A DNA stretch of 62,296 bases, filler included, from Sluysia triapertura (taxonomy: Eukaryota): the NCBI GenBank assembly GCA_046118255.1. It is 5 parts of 5 records of this genome, joined end to end, with 100 filler letters (N's around TTAATTAATTAA, not from the genome) between each part and the next. Parts side by side here need not be neighbours in the genome. Positions count along the whole stretch, not along the records: positions 16,486 to 28,591 come from JBJNIA010139059.1; positions 28,692 to 39,845 come from JBJNIA010188155.1; 3 more parts are not named here. The stretch is one strand, 5' to 3'. A program made the translations under genes and the position numbers. Shown here piece by piece: positions 26,142 to 37,154 of this stretch; the first letter of the stretch is position 1, and every line of letters begins with the position of its first letter. The notes beneath the pieces were generated by a model, which saw only the letters and a program-made list of their open reading frames with translations, searched no databases and was not told the origin of the DNA.

Positions 26142-27494
26142 CATCAACATAAGAGACAATATTGCAATATTTTTATGACCGGCTCCGAAATAACCATTCA
26201 ATCAGGTTAATTTGTCAGATTTTTCTGTGATCACTTGCATAAAAGAAATAACTATTTCTATCGTTAGAAATATAAAATCACTTCGTTGATGTAAGTTATA
26301 AATAGAGTGGTGGCCAAATTATTAGACTATGCAGAAAAATGCTTTTCTTTGGCTTTCTTAATATTTGGTACATGGAAATTCTCCAGACATGAATCCCATA
26401 GAAAATCTGTGGGAGATTGTCGAAAGGGGAGTTACTACCCATAAACCAACCACCACGACGGGACTAACTGAAACCCTGATAAAAGTATGGCATCACAATG
26501 ACGAGATCAAAGACTTGTGCTCCAAGTTCATTCGTGGCACGCCTTTAAAGATCAGGAAATTATTGGATAACAAAGGAGGGCAAACAAAGTACTGATACAA
26601 CAGTTGTACATATTTGATTTGTAGTAAATTGTGTTATTTCATTCTACATGAATAAAATTTCTGTATGTTTTGGATCTCAGTAGTTTTATCTATTATTTTA
26701 CTTTCATCAAAATTTTTTGGAGAAAGTAGTTATTTTCCAACATTTTACATTTTCCGTGACAACTGTCGGTAATAAATGGCACTTGAAAATGTTGAGTTTT
26801 GTTACAAAAACGGACGTCTTTAGTCTAATAATTGTGCCACCATTGTAATAGTATTAATAAGTGCTGTACTACTAACGGATATCGACTCATTCTTCGTAAA
26901 TGAGTGAACATTTCTCCCCCGCAAATGAACTCCAGACCGAAGTAGAGATAGCTGTTGTCCTAGAAAATAGAGACAAATTGTCAATTTATTGTGCCATCTA
27001 TAAATGAAAAATAATATTTTATCGTGTTTCAGACTGTCTTAGTGTTCATAACATTGATACATTTCATGATTGTGTTTTATTATATGTGATATCCACCTTC
27101 ATGCAAACATTATAAGGAAAGTTATCTCATTTAAAAATGATTTTCAAACAATTTTAATTAAATTAATTAATTAATATACTTATAAATTTGTTTTGTTGAA
27201 CTTTATAAAACATTGATCCCTTTATCTTCAAGCTGCAATATTCTTTCAGTCACTTTACCTTCTGACAACCTCAACATTTTATATAAAAAGATACATGTGA
27301 AATATTTAGTTATACATATTTATGGAAAGGCATTTCAATAATGCAGTTGAAATAGATTTATTATTTAATGGAAAATAAAAGTTAAACAAAATGACCTTGA
27401 ACACAAACTCCATAGCAACCAGAAATGGATGGTCTGTAGATCGCAGTATTCGCTTCTCATTCAATGTGTGCTCGACTTGCTTCATGCGGACAAT
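19774..27494 (-). CDS. PRKACA: cAMP-dependent protein kinase catalytic subunit (PKA-C), partial gene of five internal exons: 27396-27494, 26877-26959, 23163-23289, 22218-22313, 19774-19896
   Basis: All five exons have AG/GT boundaries and splice in frame to [176 protein letters not shown]. Lengths 99/83/127/96/123 nt match my recollection of PRKACA exons 4-8. The symbol denotes family, not strict orthology. Flanking exons not found in the window. Confidence 0.97.
20340..20640 (-). pseudogene. SET: SET/NAP-family histone chaperone pseudogene inside a PKA intron
   Basis: [10 protein letters not shown]...[55 protein letters not shown] vs recalled SET IEHIDEVQNE...[54 protein letters not shown]; stop at 20390-20392, ~20-codon deletion, no intron in the aligned span. 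Confidence 0.8.
21100..21830 (-). mobile_element. Decayed coiled-coil ORF, probably retroelement gag/ORF1
   Basis: K/E/Q-rich heptad-like text ([14 protein letters not shown]...[15 protein letters not shown]) with stops; no diagnostic motif. Confidence 0.35.
22218..22313 (-). CDS. PRKACA: PKA-C exon (activation loop, DLG...[15 protein letters not shown])
   Basis: ttcag|ATTACC...AGTAAG|gtaatc, 96 nt; contained in ORF 22101..22361. Confidence 0.97.
22700..22920 (-). mobile_element. RTE-like LINE RT fragment
   Basis: QAGY...LVRE...IDLSKV resembles the QAGF...IDxxKAFD RT motifs. Confidence 0.4.
23163..23289 (-). CDS. PRKACA: PKA-C exon (catalytic loop YRDLKPEN)
   Basis: tatag|AAAATC...ATTAAG|gtaaga, 127 nt. 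Confidence 0.96.
25495..25725. repeat. (ATT)n-type microsatellite; others at ~20780-20860, 22145-22195, 23886-24050, 26100-26140, 27905-28015, 37096-37150, 42051-42100, 55644-55708
   Basis: Direct reading; explains the poly-I and poly-N ORFs. Confidence 0.95.
26305..26845 (+). mobile_element. Internally deleted Tc1/mariner element in a PKA intron
   Basis: ~24-bp imperfect TIRs gagtggtggccaaattattagact / agtctaataattgtgccaccattg, TA on both sides; ORF 26365..26595 [11 protein letters not shown]...KGGQTKY is a Tc1 transposase C-terminus. Confidence 0.92.
26877..26959 (-). CDS. PRKACA: PKA-C exon (hinge, [10 protein letters not shown])
   Basis: ctag|GACAAC...TATCC|gttagt, 83 nt. Confidence 0.95.
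27396..27494 (-). CDS. PRKACA: PKA-C exon (alphaC helix, HTLNEKRIL)
   Basis: tttcag|ATTGTC...TTCAAG|gtcatt, 99 nt. Confidence 0.95.
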
Positions 27495-27999
27495 CTGAAA
27501 TAAAATATCATTGAATTATCGTTGAATTATCGTCGAGAAGAAAAATTAATAGTTATAACTTGTTCCACATTTTAATTGGATGGTAATGGTTTCACTAATT
27601 AGAATCATCTGACTGAGTGCTGTTCCAGAAATTCGTACTCCAACAAATACTCAGAACATTTCTATAAAAATGATACTCCTACATGAATTGTTTTACTTCT
27701 ACGGATGTAATCTGTCATGCAGATTGAAATTATTTCTTCAATTTCTTGCATGTGCATCATTAATTTGTTTCTATGGTCATCCAACAAAAACAAAAACTCC
27801 ATTGCACCTTATAAATATCCAAGTTTCATGTACTGTCTAAGGGATTTGTGCAGTGTGTCGTTTATTACAGGATTTCGAATTATTTTTAAACAAACTTCTT
27901 TTTATATTAATAATAATAATAATGGTAATAATAATAATAATGGTAATAATAGTAATAATAATAGTAATAATTATTATTATAATTATAATAGTAGTAATG

Positions 28000-28138
28000 A
28001 TAGCAATAATAATAATGTGGAAGACAGATATATAATGCATCTCATTTAATAATTGTTGAATAATTATTGGATAGCAATAATAATAATGTGGAAGACAGAT
28101 ATATAATGCATCTCATTTAATAATTGTTGAATAATTAT
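28000..28138 (+). repeat. Tandem duplication, 71-bp period, 2 copies
   Basis: atagcaataataataatgtggaagacagat...gaataattat twice. Confidence 0.9.
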
Positions 28139-28324
28139 AAAAAAAATAATATAATTTATTAATGATTATACCCTTAAATTTGATTAAGACAAAAATATTT
28201 AATTATCACATAAACGACATTTAATTTAAAAAGAAATTTTAGGGTTTGGCAGAAATATAACAACACTTAGTTTAATAATGAATTAACTTTAAAATTAAAA
28301 TTTTTTACTAGCCAATAAAGTCAC

Positions 28325-28497
28325 CATTCTTCTTTAAGACTTCAATAAGTCTTTTAGGCATTGAGATAACTGGATATTTCATCTCCTCAAGGCTGATTTC
28401 TTCCCAATGGCTGCTTTCAAATCCTTTACATTGTCCAATTGGCGTCCATTCTGGTAAACCTTCCGAACGAGTAAACCCCAGAGGTTCTCAATGGAGT
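28325..28497 (-). mobile_element. Tc1 transposase C-terminal fragment
   Basis: LNSIENLWGLLVRKVYQNGRQLDNVKDLKAAI...ISMPKRLIEVLK. Confidence 0.85.
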
Positions 28498-28501
28498 TTA
28501 A

Positions 28502-28591
28502 CCCTTTGACTACAAATGGGACGATGGGTCCCACAGAAACTATGTTCTACATCAGTGGGTTAAAAGTAGCTTTAAACAGCCTAACAGATCG
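28502..28591 (+). mobile_element. piggyBac-type MITE, left part (cut by contig end)
   Basis: TTAA|CCCTTTGACTAC..., homologous to 61988-62075. Confidence 0.88.
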
Positions 28592-28895
28592 NNNNNNNNN
28601 NNNNNNNNNNNNNNNNNNNNNNNNNNNNNNNNNNNTTAATTAATTAANNNNNNNNNNNNNNNNNNNNNNNNNNNNNNNNNNNNNNNNNNNNACTTTGACA
28701 TTACTGATGACGGCAGGTATGTTATTGATTTGCATTGTTTGATACACCCAATCAGAGTTCAATACCACTAATTTCAATTACAAAACTCTGATTGGGCAAG
28801 TAGCTAGAAAAATCATTTGAAGCTAAAAATAGAAGTATAAAAATTTTTTATCAGACTAGTTATAATTTTTTAATACAGAGTCAAAATTTTCAATA

Positions 28896-30769
28896 ATGGA
28901 TGATGAATCTGGATGTACAATTTTACACTTAGTATCAAGGATGAAACCATCTAATTCATTACAACATATATTGCCTAAATCATCAGAAATTGATAAAAGA
29001 AACCATGGACTCAAAATAGTGTTATTATCGGCATTTAATTATGAGAATACCAATGCAATTGAATTACTTTGTAAAGATGCAGCTGACGTTAATTTAACTG
29101 ATGCTAATGATACATCTCCTTTACATTATATAGCTAAATCTAAGTCTGATACGAACGAAACAGAATTATTAAATTGCTAATGAAATATAATGCTAATATT
29201 GATATTACCGATAATGACAAAAAAACTTCATTAATGTGGGCTGTCTGCTCTAATAACAAAACCAAAACACGTTTTTTGCTCGAATCTCATGCTAATAAGA
29301 ATTTAATAGATGAAAGAGGAGTAAGCATTCTCCATTATGCAACTAATTACGGTAACAATGAAATAATAGAAATGTTACTTGATAAACATGATTTCAACAT
29401 CGAGCGTCAAGATAATAATGGATGTACACCTTTAATATATGAATGCATCAGATTATTATTATTAGATAAGGGAGCCAATCCCTATTCCGAAGACAATCAT
29501 GACGTAACGACGAAGCATTCTAATATAAGCAAAATGGATGTTTTTAATACAATAATATTAATGATTAGGAAATTTTGTGCGCACGAAAATCCTATATTTG
29601 GTATTATATTATTAAAAGATCATAAAATGATAATTAGACAATTTAATATACATAAAAATAGTCTCTTTAACTTATTGCCATTAGATGAAGATGAAATGAC
29701 GACAAGACAATCTGATATATACAATTATGAAATAATGATGAAATATTCTGACGTACATAAAGATGTTCTCCTTAGTTTAATGTTATTAGATGAAGATGAA
29801 ATCATGACAAGACAACCTGATGTACACTATTATGGAATAATGATGAAACAATTTTTTATGCGTAAAGATTATGTTTTTAGGGTAGTATTATTGAGAAGTT
29901 GTAAAGTAATGATTAAGCTCTTTGATGTACATAGTAATGATATAACTATTAGACGTTCTAGGATAAGTGAAGATGATCTATTTAGTACGATATTAGTGTG
30001 CAATTATAATAGAGCAAAATTACAATCTGATGTAGTTGAAGGAGAGAACATCCTTAAGTTCATCGATAATGTCAAGTGGCCTGATACAATCATATCGACC
30101 GTCGCAATGGTCCACAGTCACGAAATATCTGGGATTAGTTTAAGTAATATTTTTATATTAAAACTACGTTACTGTATTTATTATACTGTTTATGTATTTA
30201 TTAGTTATAACATTTCTATCAATCAAGAAGTGAATGGAATCGAGATTCGTGGAGAAAAGATGTTTGCAGAAGAATCTAAAATTTTTAATATATTTACAGA
30301 TAAATTTATAGTTCTTAAATTAGTTCCCAAAATGAATTTTTTATTTAGTTTATTAATAAATAATTATAGGTCTTATTTTTACAGAATTAAAGTTAATTGC
30401 GAAACAAACAAAAATGTTCATATTGAATCTATAGTTTATTATAAATCATTTATTAAAGGAATATGTAATTTGATAAAGACCTCAGCCGATATCCATAACT
30501 TCATCTTTCGTAACCATCACATAGTTTCTAACATAAAGTCACGTTTAAATTTAATATTCTTCTAAATGACTATAGTGAAAATCACGAACACTCTGCCTTC
30601 TTTCAATTCAATAAACGTGCTTATACAAATTATTGTCGATGTACTTAATAATAAACTCGGACAGTTAATATTCTATGGGGTTAAGTCTAAGGCCATCTTT
30701 GGCAAATTATCAAACCATATTATAAACCACTCGACACTACATCAACACAACATATTCTCCATAGGTTAA
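28896..30769 (+). pseudogene. Intronless ankyrin-repeat protein with internal 23/12-aa repeats and an unknown ~230-aa C-terminal domain; frameshift near 29174-29180 and in-frame TAA at 30563-30565
   Basis: Ankyrin motifs GCTILHL, DTSPLHYIA, KTSLMWAV, GVSILHYA, GCTPLIY across ORFs 28896..29180 and 29174..30565; ORF 30566..30769 continues in the same frame directly after the stop. Confidence 0.85.
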
Positions 30770-30830
30770 ATTAATACTACAATTTTTAATGATAATTTTT
30801 AAATACAAATAAACCGATTAGAGTGAAATA

Positions 30831-31200
30831 ATGATTGATCATTTTTGTTTTGTATTTAATGAAGTGCGGCAAATTGCCAGAGATGTCACAAAAAGTGTTC
30901 AGATGATTTGTATAAGAAACACATTTTTATTTGATAAAGAATCAACCGGGAAATGTATATTTTATGATATACCATAAAATTAATGAAAATGATGTAAATT
31001 AAGGAACTTTACCATGAACTAACACATATTACAAAACCAATTTTTATTATAGATAATGCTTGAATTAGTTATCAGCGTCAGTAAAGTTGAATGAATCATA
31101 AATTTAAAACTTATTTTCCTGAATATTCATCTTTTGACAATCTTTTTGAGAATTTTTTTCCGATTGCAATCGGGTTTAAGAAGTATTCATAAAACTAACT
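30831..31200 (+). pseudogene. AAA+ ATPase pseudogene resembling ORC5
   Basis: Ordered motifs NTFLFDKESTGKC (Walker A-like), KPIFIIDNA (Walker B-like), LVISVSKVE(W)-HKFK, YFPEYS, FFSDCNRV vs recalled ORC5 SIFIYGHTASGKT, VYIVLDKA, VTVLFLSEIVWEKF, YFPDYS, FYTVCRDL; large deletions between blocks. Confidence 0.45.
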
Positions 31201-31689
31201 ATGAGTACTGCGGATTTCTCTACAGAAAAATATCGGGTTGTTAGATAAAATCTGGAAATAGTTAAATTCTAAATATATAACTTTAATTTGTAATAATACA
31301 TAAAATATAGATTCAATTGATGAAACAATAAAATTAAATATAAGTATATAATTAGATAAAATATAAAAATGAAATATAATTACATAAAATCCGGACATAG
31401 TTAAATTTCAAATATGTAATTTTAATTTGTAATTATACATAATATAAATTCAGCAATCAAAATGTAAATTAATTTGTAAAATATAATTGTATAATACTTA
31501 TTTACTTAGTTGTTTTAAAAGTCATTTGTCATTATTTGATATATAGAATAAATTTTCATGAAATGAACAAATAAGGCATTTTTTATTTCAATAATTACAA
31601 ATTTTAATACAAAACGTTAATCTATAAAGAAAAAAGTAACTTTATCATTTCAAAAATTGTGGATACTAATTTAAAACTTTATTTTATGA

Positions 31690-32110
31690 GTTACCAAAAA
31701 TACCTATTTTCGCAGTTAAAAGCTAATAATTATCTTGTAATTGTAAATACGCTGAAACATTGTATTTCTGTAAAAATTGTTTATATAACTGAATAGAATC
31801 ATGTCTGATTGTCGCAACAAAATGCTTTCTAATAAACTATTATTAAAATAAGCTGCTATATAAATTTCAAGGTCACTGTTTTGTTTGTTTTTCAGGAGTT
31901 AAACTTTTGTATTAAAAACATACAGTTTGAAATGAAGGCGATCAATACTAAGCTGTACGTGGACTTTACATGATATAATTTGCACTTGGAAAATAAGTAT
32001 GAGTGGCTTTTTATAGCCAGATGATTTTTCCAAACTGTTGGATTCAACAGTTGTTAAAGATTTAGAAATAACTCATAAAAGTTTTATCATACACCTAAAA
32101 CTAAGCGAAA
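31690..32110 (+). pseudogene. RING-finger (possibly RING + TRAF/Sina zinc finger) pseudogene
   Basis: SCNC...YFCKNCLYN(W)IE-SC(P)DCRN...NKLL...HCFVC with stops and frameshifts. Confidence 0.5.
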
Positions 32111-32774
32111 TAATAATTATACGATTATACATGTTATACATTTAAGTAAGGTAGAAGTAGAATTCCTTATTCGAGTGAACTTTGTTAAAAGCTTGATGTA
32201 ATTAATACTTCGAGAAGTGTTAAATACTTCGTTAAATAACTCTTTAGCGGTAAATTTCAAGAAACATATATCAGGATTTAATTTATTGTTATTCATGTTA
32301 TTTATGATAATATTCTTAAACTGATGCATAGTATAATAAGTAATATTTATTTATTATATATTATTATTTATACATTATTTCTTATATTTATTAACAAATA
32401 GCAACATACATGATGAATTTAACTCGATTTCTATAAGGTATTTCATCATTTTTAAGAAAGACAGTAACGAAAATTTAAAATTAATTTGAATTAAAATATC
32501 ATCTACTAATAAGCGCATCATTTCATTTAAGGACAAATAATTTATCAACACTTACTAAAATATCCGCGTGGAATGCAATTTTTTTTATTGTACTTGTGAG
32601 GATGAGGCGAGCAATCTGAGTAGTAGATTGTAAAATTTAAAAATATGTTAAAAGCAACAATAAGTTTTGTATATAAACTTCTCAAAATAATGACTAAATC
32701 TCTTAACTATATTCTAGTAAATAGGCTATAAACTGGTGATCAATTTCAAACATAATTTCTTCATTCACAGTGTA

Positions 32775-33312
32775 TTATTGATGTATTATTCAAACAGCTC
32801 ATACTTTGGCTCAATCATTCACTTGCGATTGCATTAATCCACTAACGTTACATGCATACACAAAATTCAATCTCGAACAGATTACTCAACACAATTCCCA
32901 AATCTTCATCATTATATGGTTTAGGTTGTAAATGAATTGGAGAATGTTAGAATAGTTTATTGAAACTTAATTAAGGTTTATACTTTGAAAACAAGATATG
33001 TGCATTAAATGCTTGTTGAAGGATTGAAGTTATTTTAATTTTGAATGATGATTACAAAATAAGTCTTAGTATATTATAATGTTGTTGTGAATGATGATTA
33101 GTGTGACTGAAATAAATTTAGGTCGGTGTTGTGGATTAAAGTTTTAAATGGAAATGACGTATGTTTGTGAGGTATTTGTTGGGGTTAATTGATGTATTAT
33201 TCAAACAGCTCATATTTTGGCTCAATCATTCACTTACGATTGCATTAATCCACTAACGTTACATGCATACACAAAATTCAATCTCGAACACAATTCCCAA
33301 ATCTTCATCATT
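32775..33312 (+). repeat. Direct repeat of ~130 bp (32775-32912 and 33188-33312)
   Basis: ttgatgtattattcaaacagctcat...aatcttcatcatta twice; second copy lacks 11 nt. Confidence 0.9.
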
Positions 33313-33480
33313 AACTGTATCTCTTGATGTAGCTTCATTTATTAACATTGTCAGACTTTAATTCTTACAAACCATAGTTACTTACAGTTGTTATTGTTAT
33401 GATAATCAACATCCATACCAATAATGCAAAAACGAACCTCAACATAACCTAACACAATCATTGAGAAAATCGAAAACACT

Positions 33481-34600
33481 TGTACAAAGTACAACAAATG
33501 ATGTATATAATAAATTGATTGATTTTTACAAATGATGTAGTACAAATGACGTATAATAAATTGATTAATTTTTATTGAATTTTATAATTTATTAATAATT
33601 GTTTTGTTTAAATTATCAAACGGTTTTGTTTTAATTATCGATTTTTATTGAATTAATTATTGTTATAATTATTGTTTTGGATTATTTTCGAATTGGATTT
33701 AAATTATTGTTTCTGGAATAAACTAACGTGAGTAATTTTATTATTATTATTAGTACTTTTAGAATTCCGTATGGCTGTTTACGAGGTGTGATCAATTCGA
33801 CCTGCACCAATCTTATCTCTCATTCATCGTTAAATCCCATCACTAAGGCTAGGAAAATATTACAATTATATTCATTTCCACCTAAATCCTTCACTTGCGA
33901 GCAGCATGCTAAGGATACAATATCCATTTTTGACGAATCATTTTTACCACAGAAGGTCATAATTAATACTAATAAAATCACATCTAATAATAATAAAGAA
34001 CTTATTCCTTTTTCTTCTTTTCCTTCTTGTACACACAAACTCACAGAAAACAAATTCTGCACAAATAATAATTGTAACATCTTTAACATTGCAAAACCTA
34101 TATTGCATAAACACTGCATGCGCAATATAGAACATATGGACAAAGCAACAGTCAGCAGCAATCCAAGAAAAATAAAACAAACTTCTCCAATAGTAGAACA
34201 ATCGTCTTCTCCAAATGTCGACTTGGATGATATTGAAGCATTAAACATCAATTTGGGCGAAGATTTTGGCCATTTAGCATCAATACTAGGCGAGGATGAA
34301 TTCTTCGATTGCGTGGGTACTATCGACCTATCTTTCTAAAAATGAAGACCAATTTTTTGGTCGCGGAAACTTATGTACAAAGTACAACAAATGATGTATA
34401 TAATAAATTGATTGATTTTTACAAATGACGTATAATAAATTGATTAATTTTTATTGAATTTTATAATTTATTAGTAACTGTTCTGTTTTAATTATCGATT
34501 GTTATTGAATTAATTATTGTTATAATTATTTTTTGGATTATTTTCGAATTGAAATTAAATTACTGTTTTGTGGAATAAACTAACGTGAGTAATTTTATTA
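33481..34600 (+). repeat. ~230-260-bp direct repeats (33481-33741, 34374-34600) flanking an unknown ORF
   Basis: tgtacaaagtacaacaaatgatg...ggaataaactaacgtgagtaattttatta occurs twice, ~893 bp apart. Confidence 0.9.
33728..34339 (+). CDS. Hypothetical ~200-aa protein with Cys/His cluster and acidic C-terminus
   Basis: 203-codon open frame, higher GC than the flanks; true start uncertain (possible 35-nt intron GTGAGT...TTTTAG at 33728-33762). Confidence 0.4.
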   Translation: MSNFIIIISTFRIPYGCLRGVINSTCTNLISHSSLNPITKARKILQLYSFPPKSFTCEQHAKDTISIFDESFLPQKVIINTNKITSNNNKELIPFSSFPSCTHKLTENKFCTNNNCNIFNIAKPILHKHCMRNIEHMDKATVSSNPRKIKQTSPIVEQSSSPNVDLDDIEALNINLGEDFGHLASILGEDEFFDCVGTIDLSF

Positions 34601-34879
34601 ATTACATATAAACTTTAATATTTTTAAAATTAATCAAATTTAAAATCAAACAACTTTTGTTTTAATGAATAAAATAAATATTTTGTTTTAGTCTGACCAA
34701 GGCCAGTTAGATTAGGTGTAAATACATAAAATTTACAACTTAGACACAATTTTGTACAACGACGTTAATTAATTTTTATAAATATTTCGTTGAAGCATCC
34801 AAGAGCTAACTTTTTTAAAGATTAAGAAGAATTTTTACAAATCCATACAGAAAAGAAAATTGAATATAAAAACTTACCG

Positions 34880-35520
34880 AATTTTTCCTTTTCAATAAAC
34901 AAAAAATACGTTAGTTTATTATTTGAAGTTTTGAATATAAGAAATATCCCCGTAAAATCCACTTAAAATAAAATTTTTGTAATCAACTTATAATAGTTTT
35001 CTCGAAAAATCATTGTTGAATTATTATTATTTGAGAATTAAGATTAATTCTGCGTAATATACTTATTAATTCTTTTTTTCATTTTATACCCTGTTAAGTA
35101 TACAATATAAATTGTTAGAGAGTTCATTTTTATTAATAATTAATTTCCATAGTGTTAAAGATATAATATCTACTGCAACAAAGTTTTCCCTTATCAGAGT
35201 TTAATTCTTATACTGCAAAATCATTTATTACAAATCCTTTTCATAGGATTTACGCAAACTATTTCTTAAAATATTAAATTTAACTGTTATTTTTCAGTTA
35301 ATACCTCCAGAATTCAACCCGATTTGACTGATAAGCATTTGAATTCCGAATTGATCAAAAGATTATTTGAATAAGTCAAGAACATCCTATCAAATTTATA
35401 GATACTTTAAGAAGTTATTTCACATTTACTTAAAAAATCTTTTCTTTAGAAATCCAACGGCTAGCCCTAACTGGTAAGCCTAGTACGTTTGTGGACTCAC
35501 GTTAAAAATCTTATTTTATT
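34880..35520 (-). mobile_element. Non-coding repeat (probable LTR end + 5' UTR), homologous to 47030-47650 and 39960-40030
   Basis: Collinear blocks gtgagtccac..ccgttggatt, ggaggtatt, atcctatgaaa(a)ggat, gaaaactt, aataaactaacgta. Confidence 0.75.
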
Positions 35521-36939
35521 CTCCAAGTATCTCTTATTAAAAACGCCATACACTGATAACACTATACAACATAAATGGTAACAATATCTACATCAACTCG
35601 CACACAACTTGGATCTAAAATTTAATTTTTCCAATTTATTTGTAAAACAACTTTGTCATCATATCGTTGTTGTTGTTGTTCTCCTATTCTTTTATTCTGT
35701 CATTTATTTTTTTTTGTTACTATTTATTTATAATCGTTTCTTTTTGATGATTTCGATGTAATAGAAAGCGAAAACAAGATTGCATTATTTTAAATAGTTA
35801 AGCAATGCAAAGATAGGTCATAAAATTCTGAATGACTCATTGGATAAAAATTGCACACTATTTTGAAGATTGACTAGAACTTCTACGACGTGTTTTATTA
35901 TCCTTAATATATAATAAGACCACTGTCTTTCTTAGGACAGCAATTTGTTTAGACAGTGTCCACGTGTGGACAAAGGGTATTTATTCTGGTTTGCTGGGAA
36001 GAATTACTGGATGTGATATGGTGTATAATGTGAGTTTGATGAATAAGTAAAGGTGAACAACTGGGCATTGTGGTTTGTTGTATGTGGTTTTTATGTTTAT
36101 TAAGCGCTGCCTGGAATTGAGCTTTGTATGCGTTATTTTAGGTAGATGTATTAAAGTCTATATTATTATGTTTTTGTTGTTTTGTAAACTAGTTTTGGTT
36201 CAATGTGATAATGTCAGTGGGTCAACAAGTATGAAAAGGGTAATTTTTATGTTGGATTTCATTTGTGGATTGAATATCTTTCCGTTTAGAGTTGTCATTG
36301 GTATTTCTTATACTGGTTGTATGCTAATGTGCTTGAATTAATCTTAATATAATTGCAATGTCTGAGTTTTCAAAAATAAATGAATACGGCAATAAAGGTG
36401 TCACCTAAATACATAACGGATGAGAATGAATTGGGAACTCTGTCTTACTATGTTTGATTTTGTCATGGGTACGATAGTTAATAGTACTGATCACTGATAA
36501 AGCACTAAGTAGTAAATCAACATTTTAGTCAAAACATTTGACAAAATTTTATTCAAGTTCCAGTTCAAAATTATATGAAACCATTTTCAAAAGATTTAAT
36601 ATAAGAATGAAGTTTCATAGAAAAAATTGTATTGTGTAATATTTGTTTTAATATTTAGTCAAATTTTTCAATAATCAAGCAGTTTTACGAGAGAAAACGA
36701 TTTTCGAACGATATCTAAATTCTGTCATAATTCAGATATACATTTAAGAACTTTCGATTTTATCGGCCATTCTAGCAAACACTAAAATTGGGAATATTAA
36801 GTTGATTTAAGAGAAGTAGCTTAGTAATCAAAGTTGGAAGATTTCAATCACCCTATTTTCCAAAATAATAAAATAATTCATTGTATTTATATACAGAAAT
36901 TTAATAAAAGATGTAAATATACACTAATACCGTATGAAG

Positions 36940-37016
36940 TGGACTGATCATGACTCGAACAAGTAACCTTTTCATTGCAAAATCCAATGTTCTGACTATT
37001 GAGCTAACAATAGTCC
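36940..37016 (-). pseudogene. tRNA-like pseudogene or SINE head, same family as 19497-19546
   Basis: GGACT..TAGCTCAATAG..TTGCA..GTTCGAGTC..TCAGTCCA; stems imperfect, anticodon unassignable (Cys/Ala-like). Confidence 0.65.
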
Positions 37017-37093
37017 TGCACAATAATTTATTTTCATTATAGTAAATTATATAAGTTTTTTAGTGGCACTTTTTAGGCCCATGCCTCAACGAT

Positions 37094-37154
<61 letters not shown>

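Noticed and set aside
30040-30769. Protein-like antisense reading of the ankyrin C-terminal domain
   Set aside because: The minus frame has many stops, while the plus frame has one in over 200 codons and aligns with paralogs.
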